Assembly: GCA_025055595.1 (NCBI GenBank)
Contig: JANWWU010000042.1
Span: 1,927-65,926 of the forward strand
Length of the DNA: 64,000 nucleotides
Reading direction: 5' to 3'
Source: Planctomycetota bacterium
GTDB lineage: Bacteria > Planctomycetota > UBA11346
Part shown: one piece after another, positions 28,645 to 37,238 of the stretch
Numbering within the stretch: the first letter of the stretch is position 1
Layout: each line of letters starts with the position of its first letter
Notes under the pieces: model-generated
Database searches by the model: none
What the model was told of the DNA's origin: nothing
What the model saw: only the letters and a program-made list of their open reading frames with translations
Made by a program: the position numbers and the translations under genes

Positions 28645-30588
28645 TCATTTCGACAGCGTGGCGTCAAGGGAGGGGCGCTCGCCGGCGGCTCCCGGGCTCT
28701 CTCCCGCCGCGGCCTGTGCCGCGCGGGGGGTCAGCAGGGCCTGCAGGCGCCGCGCCGCGGCCGCCGGGTCCGGCACCGGCAGGCCGGCGGCGAGCAATGC
28801 GGTGTCGCGCAGCGCGGCCAGGATCTCGACCGCCTGCTGCTCGTGGCGCTGCGCGTGCAGGGCGGCGAGCTGCTGGACCAGCGGATGCTCGGGGTTGAGC
28901 TCGAGCACCCGCTGCTGCGCCGGCACCGGCTGCCCGAGGCGCTTGAGCATCGCCTCCATCTGCGGACTGATGGCGTAGCCCTCGCTGACGATGCAGGCCG
29001 GGGAGTCGGCGAGGCGCGCCGAGAGACGCACCTCGCTGACATCGCCGAGGCGCTCCTTGGCGAAGCTGAGGAAGGGGGCGAGCTCCTTGGCCTTCTGCTC
29101 GAGCGCGCGCTTGCCCTCGCCTTCGAGCAGGTCGGCGGCGCCGTGCGCGGCGTTGACCAGACGGCGGCCGTCGAACTCGGACAGGTGCTGGACGACGAAC
29201 TCGTCGACCGGGTCGACGAGGAACAGCACCTCGCGGCCGGCCTTGACGAAGCCCTCGATCGCCGGGTTGGCGCGCGCCGCCTCCAGGCTCGGCGCCAGCA
29301 CATAGTAGATCTCGCGCTGGCGCTCGGGGGCGCGGCGGATGTAGTCCTCGAGGCCGGTCGGCGGGCGGCCGGCCTCGGCCTCGGTCCAGGTGCTGCGCCA
29401 GCGCGCCAGGCGCGCCAGGCGGTCGCGCTGCTCGGGATCGGTGACGATGCCCTCGCGCAGCACCATGCCGAAGGCAGCGTCGATCTTCTGCCAGGCCTGG
29501 CGCTCGGTTTCCTCGCTCGACTGCGCGAGCTTGAGCAGGTGGTCGAGGATGCGCTTGGTCAGCTGCTTGCGCAGCTGCTCGACGACCGCCTGCTGCTGCA
29601 CGAGCTCGCGGCTGACATTGAGCGGCAGGTCGTCGGAGTCGACGATGCCGCGGACGAAGCGCAGCCACTCCGGCAGCAGGGTGCGGCAGTCGTCGGTGAT
29701 GAACACGCGCCGGACATAGAGCGCGACGCCGCGCCGCTCGCGGTCGAAGAGATCGAGCGGCTTCTCGCTCGGGATGAAGAGCAGCGTCGTGTAGCTCAGC
29801 CGCCCCTCGACCGTCGCGTGGATGCGCGTCGCCGGCGTGTCGTAGAGCCGGCAGGCGCTGTGGTAGAACTTCCGGTAGTCGTCCTCGCTGATCGTCTCCT
29901 TCGGCTTGGTCCACAGCGGCACCCCGCTGTTGACCTGCTCCCACTCCCCGCCCTTGCCGCCCTTCGGCATGCGGATCGGGTAGGGCACGTAGTCCGACCA
30001 GCGGACGATCAGCTCGCGCAGCCGTGCCTCGTCGAGGAACTCCTCGGCGTCGTCCTTGAGGTGGAGGATGACGCTGGTGCCGCGCGCGGCGCGGGCGATG
30101 CGCTCGGTGGTGAACGAACCGTCGCCGCGGCTCTCCCAGCGCACGCCCTCGTCGCTGCCGAGGCGCGCGCTGCGGCTCTCGACGACGACGCGCTCCGCGA
30201 CCATGAAGGCCGAGTAGAAGCCGACGCCGAACTGTCCGATGAGCTGGGCCTGCTTGCGGGCGTCCTCGGCGAGCGAGGCGAGGAAGGCCTTGGTGCCGCT
30301 CTTGGCGATCGTGCCGAGGTGCTCGATCGCCTCGGCCTCGCTCATCCCGATGCCGTTGTCGCGGATCGTCAGCGTCCGCGCCTCGCGGTCGGCGACCACC
30401 TCGATCCGGTAATCGCTGTCGCCAGCCGACAGCTGCGGCTCGGTCAGCGAGAGGAAGCGCAGGCGGTCGCAGGCGTCGCTGGCGTTGCTGATCAGCTCGC
30501 GCAGGAAGATCGCGCGGTCGCTGTAAAGGCTGTGGATGACGAGGTGCAGCAGCTGCTGCACCTCGGTTTGGAACTGATGCGTCGCCAT
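28645..30588 (-). CDS. htpG: Chaperone HtpG (Hsp90)
   Basis: The N-terminus MATHQFQTEVQQLLHLVIHSLYSDRAIFLRELISNASDACDRLRF is followed by GQFGVGFYSAFMVA. The product is 647 aa. Confidence 0.97.
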   Translation of the reverse strand: MATHQFQTEVQQLLHLVIHSLYSDRAIFLRELISNASDACDRLRFLSLTEPQLSAGDSDYRIEVVADREARTLTIRDNGIGMSEAEAIEHLGTIAKSGTKAFLASLAEDARKQAQLIGQFGVGFYSAFMVAERVVVESRSARLGSDEGVRWESRGDGSFTTERIARAARGTSVILHLKDDAEEFLDEARLRELIVRWSDYVPYPIRMPKGGKGGEWEQVNSGVPLWTKPKETISEDDYRKFYHSACRLYDTPATRIHATVEGRLSYTTLLFIPSEKPLDLFDRERRGVALYVRRVFITDDCRTLLPEWLRFVRGIVDSDDLPLNVSRELVQQQAVVEQLRKQLTKRILDHLLKLAQSSEETERQAWQKIDAAFGMVLREGIVTDPEQRDRLARLARWRSTWTEAEAGRPPTGLEDYIRRAPERQREIYYVLAPSLEAARANPAIEGFVKAGREVLFLVDPVDEFVVQHLSEFDGRRLVNAAHGAADLLEGEGKRALEQKAKELAPFLSFAKERLGDVSEVRLSARLADSPACIVSEGYAISPQMEAMLKRLGQPVPAQQRVLELNPEHPLVQQLAALHAQRHEQQAVEILAALRDTALLAAGLPVPDPAAAARRLQALLTPRAAQAAAGESPGAAGERPSLDATLSK

Positions 30589-30620
30589 GGCGTCACAATG
30601 ACCCAGCGCCGCGCAGGTGC

Positions 30621-30635
30621 AGCAAACGGCGTTCC
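30621..30635 (-). promoter_or_regulatory. Weaker sigma-54-like -24/-12 element upstream of htpG
   Basis: The minus strand reads GGAAC-GCCGT-TTGCT, immediately after the pfp stop. 33 nt separate the GC dinucleotide from the htpG ATG. Confidence 0.3.
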
Positions 30636-30638
30636 GCT

Positions 30639-31850
30639 TCAGCGGATGCCGGCGAGGCGGGCGATCCGGGGCAGCTCGCCGACCAGCGGCCTGAGGTAGG
30701 GCAGCACGCGCTCGGGGACGATGTCGTTGCCGGCCTCGTTGATCCAGGAGCGCGGCAGCGGCTTGGTCTCCTTGGCCACGCTGGCCAGGGGGGTGGTGAA
30801 GCAGGCGACGCGGTACGGATCGTCGAAGCGCTGGAAGGCGATCGAGCAGCTGCGCTCGCCGCGGACGACGGCCTCGACCGCGGCGACCCCGGCAAGCCGC
30901 GCCTCGCGGGCGTCGGTCTCGCTGACGACGCCGGGGAAGCAGCGCTGCAGGTAGCCGAAGGTGTCGGCGCGCACGCGGTGCTTCTTATCGGGCATGACCC
31001 GCGCGAGATGCCGGCGCACGGCTTCCGCCAGGTAGTCGCCGAGGGCCCCGCTGCCCGAGAGCTGCTTGTTGCCGTGGCTGTCGACCTCGCTCAAGGCGAT
31101 GATCTCCGCGCCGCCGGGCCCGTGGATGCCCTCCGAGACCGCGACCACGCAGCGGCCGAGGCGCCGATAGACGGCCTCGACATCGCGGCAGAAGGCGTCG
31201 AGCGCGAAGTCGACCTCCGGGCAGTAGATCAGGTGCGGCCCATCGTCGGGGTAGATCCGGGCCAGGGCGCTGGCCGCGGTCAGCCAGCCGGCGTTGCGCC
31301 CCATCACGACGTTGATCTTGATCCCGGCCAGCGAGCGGTTGTCGAGGTTATCGCCGATGAAGGCCTGGGCGACGAACTTCGCCGCCGAGCCGTAGCCCGG
31401 GCAGTGGTCGGTGACGCGCAGGTCGTTGTCGATCGTCTTCGGGCAGTGCACGCAGGCGAGGTCGTAGCCGGCGGCGCGCGCCATCTCGTCGATGATGTGC
31501 GCGGTCTCCGCCGTGTCGTTGCCGCCGATGTAGAAGAAGGCGCGGACGTTGAGCTCGCGGAAGCGCGCGAAGATCTGCTCGCAGTCCTCCTTGGAGGCCT
31601 TGCGGCGCACGCTTTTCAGCGCGCTCGACGGCGTCGCGGCGACGGCCTCGAGGTTCGCCGGGTCCTCGAGCGCGAAGTCGACGAACTCGTTCTTCAGGAT
31701 GCCGTTGATGCCGTGCACGGCGCCGAGCACGCGGGTGAACAGCTCGGGCCGCAGCAGGCAGGCCTTGACGACGCCGACCAGGGTCTGGTTGATGACGGCG
31801 GTCGGCCCTCCGCTCTGGCCGACGACCGCGGTGCCGGGAGTGAACGCCAT
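30639..31850 (-). CDS. pfp: Pyrophosphate-dependent 6-phosphofructokinase (PFK family A)
   Basis: The start MAFTPGTAVVGQSGGPTAVIN leads to YIGGNDT and CPKTIDNDL. Asp and Lys occupy the two positions that are Gly in ATP-dependent PfkA. The track ORF starts 11 codons earlier at a TTG. Confidence 0.85.
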   Translation of the reverse strand: MAFTPGTAVVGQSGGPTAVINQTLVGVVKACLLRPELFTRVLGAVHGINGILKNEFVDFALEDPANLEAVAATPSSALKSVRRKASKEDCEQIFARFRELNVRAFFYIGGNDTAETAHIIDEMARAAGYDLACVHCPKTIDNDLRVTDHCPGYGSAAKFVAQAFIGDNLDNRSLAGIKINVVMGRNAGWLTAASALARIYPDDGPHLIYCPEVDFALDAFCRDVEAVYRRLGRCVVAVSEGIHGPGGAEIIALSEVDSHGNKQLSGSGALGDYLAEAVRRHLARVMPDKKHRVRADTFGYLQRCFPGVVSETDAREARLAGVAAVEAVVRGERSCSIAFQRFDDPYRVACFTTPLASVAKETKPLPRSWINEAGNDIVPERVLPYLRPLVGELPRIARLAGIR

Positions 31851-31923
31851 GGCGCTATCCTGTGCCGCGCGCGGTCGCGACAAGGGCGCTGGCGGGGCGC
31901 TGTCGGGGCGCTATGCAGCCGGC

Positions 31924-32865
31924 GTGCGCCTCGTCTTCCTCGGGACCGCCGCCGGCCAGCCGACGCGCACCCGCAATGTCTCGGCGCTCGCCCTGCTGTT
32001 CCCCGAGGGCGGCTGGTGGCTGGTCGACTGCGGCGAGGCGACCCAGCACCGGGTGCGCGAGGCCCGCCTCCGGCCGCTGCGCTGCGAGCGCATCCTGCTG
32101 ACCCACCTGCACGGCGACCACTGCTGGGGCCTGCCCGGGATGCTGCTGGCGATCGCCATCGCCGGCCGGCGCGAGCCGCTGCAGGTCGCGGGCCCGCGCG
32201 GGCTGGCGCGCTTCCTCGACGCCGCGCTCGGCGTCAGCGGCACCGAGCTGCCCTACGAGCTCGAGATCCGCGAGCTGCCGGACGAACCGCGCGGCGAGCC
32301 GCTCGCCGGCCCGGGTTGGCGCGCGCGGCCCTTCGCGATCCGCCACCGCGTGCCCTGCGTCGCCTGGCTGATCGAGGAGCCGCCGCGGCCGGGCCGCGTC
32401 GATCCGGCGCGGGCGCGCGCCCTCGGCATCGCCGATCCGCGGCTGCTCGGCCGCTTGCAGCGCGGCGAGACCGTGACGCTGGCCGATGGCCGCCGCATCG
32501 CGCCGAGCGCCGTCCTCGATCCGCCGCCGCCGCCACGGCGCGTGCTGATCTGCGGCGACACCGACGACGCCGACGCCGTCATCCCGCACGCGCGCGGCGT
32601 CGATCTCGTCGTCCGCGAGGCGACCTACCCCGCCGGCATGGAGGCCAAGGCCGCGCAGTGGGGGCACAGCACGGCGGCGATGACCGGGGCCTTCGCCGCG
32701 CGGCTCGCCGCCCGCCGCCTGGTGCTGACGCACTTCGGCGGCCGCCACAGCGACCCCGAGCGCGCGGCGCAGCTGCAGCGCGAGGCCGCGGCGGCGGCGC
32801 CCGGCGTCGAGGTCCTCGTCGCCGAGGACCTGATGCGCCTCGAGGTCGCGCGCGCCGCGCCCTAG
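31924..32865 (+). CDS. rnz: Ribonuclease Z (metallo-beta-lactamase fold)
   Basis: (V)RLVFLGTAAGQPTRTRNVSALAL and LTHLHGDHCWGLPGML (HxHxDH motif) are present. The GTG at 31924 was chosen because the family normally starts right at this beta strand. An in-frame ATG at 31849 is an alternative start. Confidence 0.82.
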   Translation: MRLVFLGTAAGQPTRTRNVSALALLFPEGGWWLVDCGEATQHRVREARLRPLRCERILLTHLHGDHCWGLPGMLLAIAIAGRREPLQVAGPRGLARFLDAALGVSGTELPYELEIRELPDEPRGEPLAGPGWRARPFAIRHRVPCVAWLIEEPPRPGRVDPARARALGIADPRLLGRLQRGETVTLADGRRIAPSAVLDPPPPPRRVLICGDTDDADAVIPHARGVDLVVREATYPAGMEAKAAQWGHSTAAMTGAFAARLAARRLVLTHFGGRHSDPERAAQLQREAAAAAPGVEVLVAEDLMRLEVARAAP

Positions 32866-34073
32866 CCGCGCATCCAGGCCTCGAGGCCGGCGAGGTCCTT
32901 GGGGATCTCGCGCGTCAGCTCGGCGCAGCCGTCGCGCGTGATCAGCAGGTCGTCCTCGATGCGCACCCCGATGCCCTCATCGGCCAGGTAGATCCCTGGC
33001 TCGTTGGTGATCACCATGCCGGGCGCCAAGGGCTGGCGGCGATCGCCGACATCGTGGACATCGAGGCCGAGGAAGTGGCCGATCCCGTGGTGGCGCTCGT
33101 AGCCGGCGCCGATCAGCGGCTTCCAGGCGAGGTCGTTGAGCTCGTCGAAGGTGATGCCGGGGCGCGCCTGCTGGCGGACGCGCTGGTTCGCGGCGAGCAC
33201 CAGCTCGTAGATTTCGCGCAGCCGGCGCTCGCTGAACTGCCCGCTGCGCGGCACGGTGCGCGTGACGTCGGCGCAGTAGCCGTCGGCGGTGGCGCCGGAA
33301 TCGATCAGCACCGGCTTGCCGTCGGCGAGCGGCTGGTCGTTGTGCGGATAGTGCAGGATCGCCGCCTGCTTGCCGCTGCCGACGATCGGCGGGAAGGCCA
33401 GCGGCGCATAGTCGTCCTTGCGGTAGTGGAAGTGCAGGAGGGCGGCGATCTCCGACTCGCGCTGCAGGCGCGGCACCTCGCGCAGCACCGCGCGCAGGCC
33501 GGCGGCGGTGCGCGCGATGGCGCGGCGGATGCTCGCGAGCTCGTGGGCGTCCTTGACAGCGCGCAGCGGCGCGAGGTGCGGCTCGGCGTTGAGCACGGCG
33601 ATCGCCGGCGCCAGGCGCTGGCGCCAGGCCTCGTAGGCGCGGGCCTGGAAGCCCGGCTCGCGGCTGCGGTGGCACATCGCGAGCACGCCGCCGGCGCGGC
33701 GCGCCGCGAGGTGCACGCGGTCCTCCAGGGTCTGGCGGTGGGCGATCGCGCCGGCGCCGAACAGCTCCCGCGCCTGCTCGTTCGGCGGCAGCCGCGCGCC
33801 GTCCCAGATCGCGCGCGCCGGGTCGCCGGGATCGAGGAACAGCGTGTCGCTCGGGCGCCGCGCGGGATCGAGCAGCAGCGCCGCGTCCGGCTCCTGGCAG
33901 CCGGTCAGCCAGGCGAACCAGGGATCCTGGCGATCGCGGCGCAGCTCCGGCTCGTCGCAGCCGACGACGAGCAGCGGCACCGGCTGGCCGAAGGCCTGGG
34001 CGAGCGCGGCGAGCGCGGCCTGGCGGCGGCGACGGTAGGCGCTCAGGGGGTGCGGCGGGCGGACGACGCGCAT
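32862..34073 (-). CDS. pepP: Xaa-Pro aminopeptidase (peptidase M24B)
   Basis: The metal-ligand contexts DSGATADGYCADVTRT, HGIGHFLGLDVHD, NEPGIY and RIEDD are present. The start is at MRVVRPPHPL. Confidence 0.9.
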   Translation of the reverse strand: MRVVRPPHPLSAYRRRRQAALAALAQAFGQPVPLLVVGCDEPELRRDRQDPWFAWLTGCQEPDAALLLDPARRPSDTLFLDPGDPARAIWDGARLPPNEQARELFGAGAIAHRQTLEDRVHLAARRAGGVLAMCHRSREPGFQARAYEAWRQRLAPAIAVLNAEPHLAPLRAVKDAHELASIRRAIARTAAGLRAVLREVPRLQRESEIAALLHFHYRKDDYAPLAFPPIVGSGKQAAILHYPHNDQPLADGKPVLIDSGATADGYCADVTRTVPRSGQFSERRLREIYELVLAANQRVRQQARPGITFDELNDLAWKPLIGAGYERHHGIGHFLGLDVHDVGDRRQPLAPGMVITNEPGIYLADEGIGVRIEDDLLITRDGCAELTREIPKDLAGLEAWMRG

Positions 34074-34108
34074 GACGGCAGTGTCGGAAGGCGGCGCGGC
34101 GCGCCAGC

Positions 34109-34654
34109 TCAGCGGCCGATCGGGAAGCGGTGCTGGCGGCCGAGCTCGTCGCTGAACACCGCGACATTGCCGGCGTCGAGCTCGAGGAAGCGCCAGCGCC
34201 CGAGCTGCTCGCCGACGGCGAGCAGGCGCGGCGGCTCGTCGGGCAGCTGGGCGAGCAGCCGCAGGGAGCCGTCGGGCAGGCGGGTGTAGCCGAGCACCCG
34301 CGGAGCGTCGCCGGCGCCCGGCGGCGGCAGGCGCGGCAGCTCGAGCTTCGGCGGCTGGATCGGCACGATGCGCGGCGGCGGGCGCGGCGGCGGCGTCGCG
34401 ATCGGCGCCGGCTGCAGGCGCTGGCGCTCGACCGCGCGCTCGCGCCACGGCACGAAGGGGTTGTCGTCGTTCACATAGAAGCTTTCGAAGGCGCCGAGCG
34501 GCTGGACCTCGGCGACGATCGCCTCGAGCTCGCCGCCGGGATGGCCGGGCACGGGCGGCGGCGGCAGCGGCGGCACCCCGAGCGCCAGCCAGGCGAGGGC
34601 GGCGCCGGCGGCGGCCAGCGCGAGCGCGGCGCCGAGCGGGGCCAGGCGCGTCAT
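34109..34654 (-). CDS. PilP/GspC-like small periplasmic protein (N-terminal anchor, Pro-rich linker, C-terminal beta domain)
   Basis: It has the anchor MTRLAPLGAALALAAAGAALAWLAL, a Pro-rich linker and a C-terminal segment RVLGYTRLPDGSLRLLAQL...GEQLGRWRFLELDAGNVAVF. Its start overlaps the upstream stop (ATGA). The assignment is by architecture and position only. Confidence 0.5.
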   Translation of the reverse strand: MTRLAPLGAALALAAAGAALAWLALGVPPLPPPPVPGHPGGELEAIVAEVQPLGAFESFYVNDDNPFVPWRERAVERQRLQPAPIATPPPRPPPRIVPIQPPKLELPRLPPPGAGDAPRVLGYTRLPDGSLRLLAQLPDEPPRLLAVGEQLGRWRFLELDAGNVAVFSDELGRQHRFPIGR

Positions 34655-35478
34655 GGCCGGCTCCGCAGTGCGGGACGCCGCGGCCCGGCCTCGCCCTGGC
34701 GCTGCGTCTCGGGGATGAAGTCGAGGGCGGCGAGCTCGAAGGTCGCGTCGAGCTGGGCGATGTCGTCGCGCGCGCGCTGGTTGCGCGAGGAGATCGCCAG
34801 GCCGCGGATGATCAGCGGGAAATCGTCCTCGGCGGTGCGGCCGAAGCGATGGAGGATCCACAGGATCGTCTTGTGCGAGCCGCGCACGCGCAGGGTCAGC
34901 GGCAGCTCGCGCAGCAGCGGCGGGCGGCTCAGCGGGCCGGTCTCGTAAGGCTTGCCGTGCTTGATCTCGAACCACTCGACGGGATCGGGGGCGGCGAGCA
35001 CGACGCTCAGCGCCTTGTCGGTCAGCTGCAGCATGTCGAGCAGGGCCTGGGCCTCGCTGTCGGGCGGCACGCGGTCGTCGGGCGGGAAGCCGAGGCGCTC
35101 GTCGCTCTCGATGCGCCGCGCCTGCGCCTGCTCGCGCAGGCGCTGCCGCACCTCGACGAAGCGGTTGAGGAAGAACTTGCCTTTCTCCGGCTCGGCCTCG
35201 GGGACGACGAACTCCGGGCGGCGGCGGAAGCCGTAGCCGCCCTTGAGGCGGGCCAGGACCTGGCGCAGCTCCTCGTTGGCGGCGCGCTGGCGCTGCACGC
35301 GCTCGGCCAGCGGCTCGGGGCCGGCGATGCGCGCGGCCTCCGCGGCGGCGCGCTCGAGCGCCTGCGCGGCCTCGTGGCGCGCGTGCCACGCCGCGGCGCT
35401 GCCGGCCGCCGCCGCCAGCAGCGCGCCGAGCAGGACGCCGGAGGCCCAGCGCCGCGGGCGCCGCAGGTCGGGGCTCAC
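34651..35478 (-). CDS. PilO/GspM-like bitopic membrane protein
   Basis: The GTG start is preceded by GGAGGGAGG and overlaps the upstream stop (GTGA). It has one N-terminal transmembrane helix, a coiled-coil segment and a roughly 150-aa periplasmic domain. The assignment is by architecture and position. Confidence 0.5.
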   Translation of the reverse strand: MSPDLRRPRRWASGVLLGALLAAAAGSAAAWHARHEAAQALERAAAEAARIAGPEPLAERVQRQRAANEELRQVLARLKGGYGFRRRPEFVVPEAEPEKGKFFLNRFVEVRQRLREQAQARRIESDERLGFPPDDRVPPDSEAQALLDMLQLTDKALSVVLAAPDPVEWFEIKHGKPYETGPLSRPPLLRELPLTLRVRGSHKTILWILHRFGRTAEDDFPLIIRGLAISSRNQRARDDIAQLDATFELAALDFIPETQRQGEAGPRRPALRSRP

Positions 35479-37238
35479 GGCCCTCCCTCCTCGCCGACCG
35501 CCAGCTGCTCGGCGCTGACCGTCGCGTAGGGGAAGAAGCAGTGGAAGCGGAAGGAGAACTCCTCGTCCTTGCGCTCGGTGCGGCGGTTCTTCAGCACGAC
35601 ATGGCGAAACAGCGGGCTGCCCTCGGGCGTGCGCCACTCGGCGAGCGCCCTCTGGTAGCGCTCGATGAACGACACCATCTCGACATCGCTCTTCTTGGCG
35701 TCGAAGCGCACGCGGCCGGCGAGCTCGATGCCGCCGCGCTCGATCAGGCTGTCGCGACGCGGCGGCTGGCCGCCGCGCGCGGCGGCCAGCCGGCTGCCGC
35801 CCGCCGCCTCGCTGTCGCCCGCGCCCGTGCCGCTGACGCCGATGGTGCGCAGCTCGGTCACCCACAGCTCCTGCGAGGCCCGCGTCTGCTCCTTCAGCGC
35901 GCGCACCGTGTACAGCAGGTCGCGCGCGGCATGCACGCGGACGACGATCGCGCGCAGGTCCTCGCGCAGGGCGTCGCGCTCGGCTTCGAGCGCCGCCAGC
36001 TCCGCGCCGAGGCGCCGCTGCTCGGCGACGGCGGCGGCGAGGCGCGCGGCCTGCGCGCGGTCGCGCTCGGCGTGCGCCAGCAGGCCGAGGGCGGCGCCGA
36101 GGCCGGCGACCAGCAGGGCGGCGGCCGTCACCCACAGCCACAGCAGCTCGCGCAGCCACGCCTCACGCCGCGCTTCAGCCTCCGGGCGCAGGTCGAGCGG
36201 CGGGACATCGGCATCGTCGAGCGACAGCGCCAGGCCGAGGGCGCGAGCGAAGCGCGCTGGCTCCGCGGGCGGCGCGCCGCTGAGGCCCGAGAGCGGGTCG
36301 AGCAACGACACCGGCAGCTGCAGCCGCTGGCCGAGGTAGGCGGCGAGGCCGGGCAGCAGGGCGCCGCCGCCGCTCAGCCGCACCTCGGCCACCGGCAGCT
36401 CGCGGCGCTTGAGCTGGGCGCGGAAGAAGGCGAGGGCGGTGGCGATCTGGCTGGCCCAGGCGTCGGCGGCGCGGCGCAGCGCCGCCGCCCGCGGGTCGGC
36501 GTCGGAGGCGCCGTCCTCGTCGAAGCGCAGGTCCTCGCTCGCGGGCGCCGCGGCGAGCTCGGCGGCCTGCGGCTCGGCGAAGGCCGCGCTGGCGAGCTCG
36601 CGCAGGGCCTCCGGGGCGCGGCGCGCCTCGCCGCCGGCGTCGATGATCGCCTGGAGAAAGTGGCGGACGCCGAGCGGCAGGCGGCGCGCGGCGTGGACGC
36701 GGCCGGCGCTGACCAGCGCGAGGTCGCTGCCGGTCGCGCCGAGGTCGACGACGAGCGCGAGCTCCTCGCCGGCCTGGCGGGCGGCGAGCGTCGCCAGCGC
36801 CAACGGCCCCCAGCTGATGGCGGCGGGGCGCAGCCCGGAGCGCCGCAGCGCGCGCTGCAGCTCGCGCACCTGCTCGGCCGGCGCCACCACCCCGAGGTAG
36901 GTCGCTTCCTCCTCGTTCGCCGTCAGGCGGACGGCGTCGGCGCACTGGTCCTGCTCGTCGTCCGGCAGCAGCTCGAGGCGCAGGACGCGCGCGACGCGCT
37001 CTGGCGGCAGCGGCGGCAGGTGCAGGAAGCGCGCGAGGGCTTCCAGCTCGCTGGACGCGACCACCGCGCGGGCGCTCGGCACGCTGGCGGCGAGCTCGGC
37101 GAGGACGGTGGCGAGCGGCCGCTCGCTGCCGTCGGGGGCGCGGCGCGGCGCCTCCGCCCAGGCGACGAGACGCGCGCCGTCGACGACCGCCGCGCGCACC
37201 GCCTCGCTGCCGATGTCCAGGCCGAGGGCGCGCGCCAT
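35475..37238 (-). CDS. PilM-PilN fusion (GspL-like architecture): actin-like ATPase-fold domain, transmembrane helix, coiled coil and periplasmic domain
   Basis: Actin-fold motifs are LGLDIGSEAVRAAVV, LVVDLGATGSDLALV and RLSGGGALLPGLAAYL. The helix WLRELLWLWVTAAALLVAGLGAALGLL and a coiled coil follow. Only the last 587 codons of the 1623-aa track ORF are coding. Confidence 0.75.
   Translation of the reverse strand: MARALGLDIGSEAVRAAVVDGARLVAWAEAPRRAPDGSERPLATVLAELAASVPSARAVVASSELEALARFLHLPPLPPERVARVLRLELLPDDEQDQCADAVRLTANEEEATYLGVVAPAEQVRELQRALRRSGLRPAAISWGPLALATLAARQAGEELALVVDLGATGSDLALVSAGRVHAARRLPLGVRHFLQAIIDAGGEARRAPEALRELASAAFAEPQAAELAAAPASEDLRFDEDGASDADPRAAALRRAADAWASQIATALAFFRAQLKRRELPVAEVRLSGGGALLPGLAAYLGQRLQLPVSLLDPLSGLSGAPPAEPARFARALGLALSLDDADVPPLDLRPEAEARREAWLRELLWLWVTAAALLVAGLGAALGLLAHAERDRAQAARLAAAVAEQRRLGAELAALEAERDALREDLRAIVVRVHAARDLLYTVRALKEQTRASQELWVTELRTIGVSGTGAGDSEAAGGSRLAAARGGQPPRRDSLIERGGIELAGRVRFDAKKSDVEMVSFIERYQRALAEWRTPEGSPLFRHVVLKNRRTERKDEEFSFRFHCFFPYATVSAEQLAVGEEGGP

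Noticed and set aside
31848-31851. A CCATGG palindrome in which an ATG for pfp (minus strand) and an in-frame ATG for rnz (plus strand) overlap back to back.
   Set aside because: Using both would leave no promoter space between divergent genes. RNase Z family proteins normally begin at the beta strand encoded from GTG 31924, so the plus-strand ATG is probably not used.
30978-34289. Other very long ORFs: 30978..34289 plus, 16080..18623 minus, 41553..44558 minus, 57029..60544 minus, 58933..61647 plus and 28552..30699 plus.
   Set aside because: All are antisense to, or frame-shifted over, genes with strong family signatures (pfp/rnz/pepP, PAP2-GT, glnD, SNF2/xylB, htpG). They have the Arg/Ala/Gly/Pro-dominated composition typical of spurious ORFs in GC-rich DNA.
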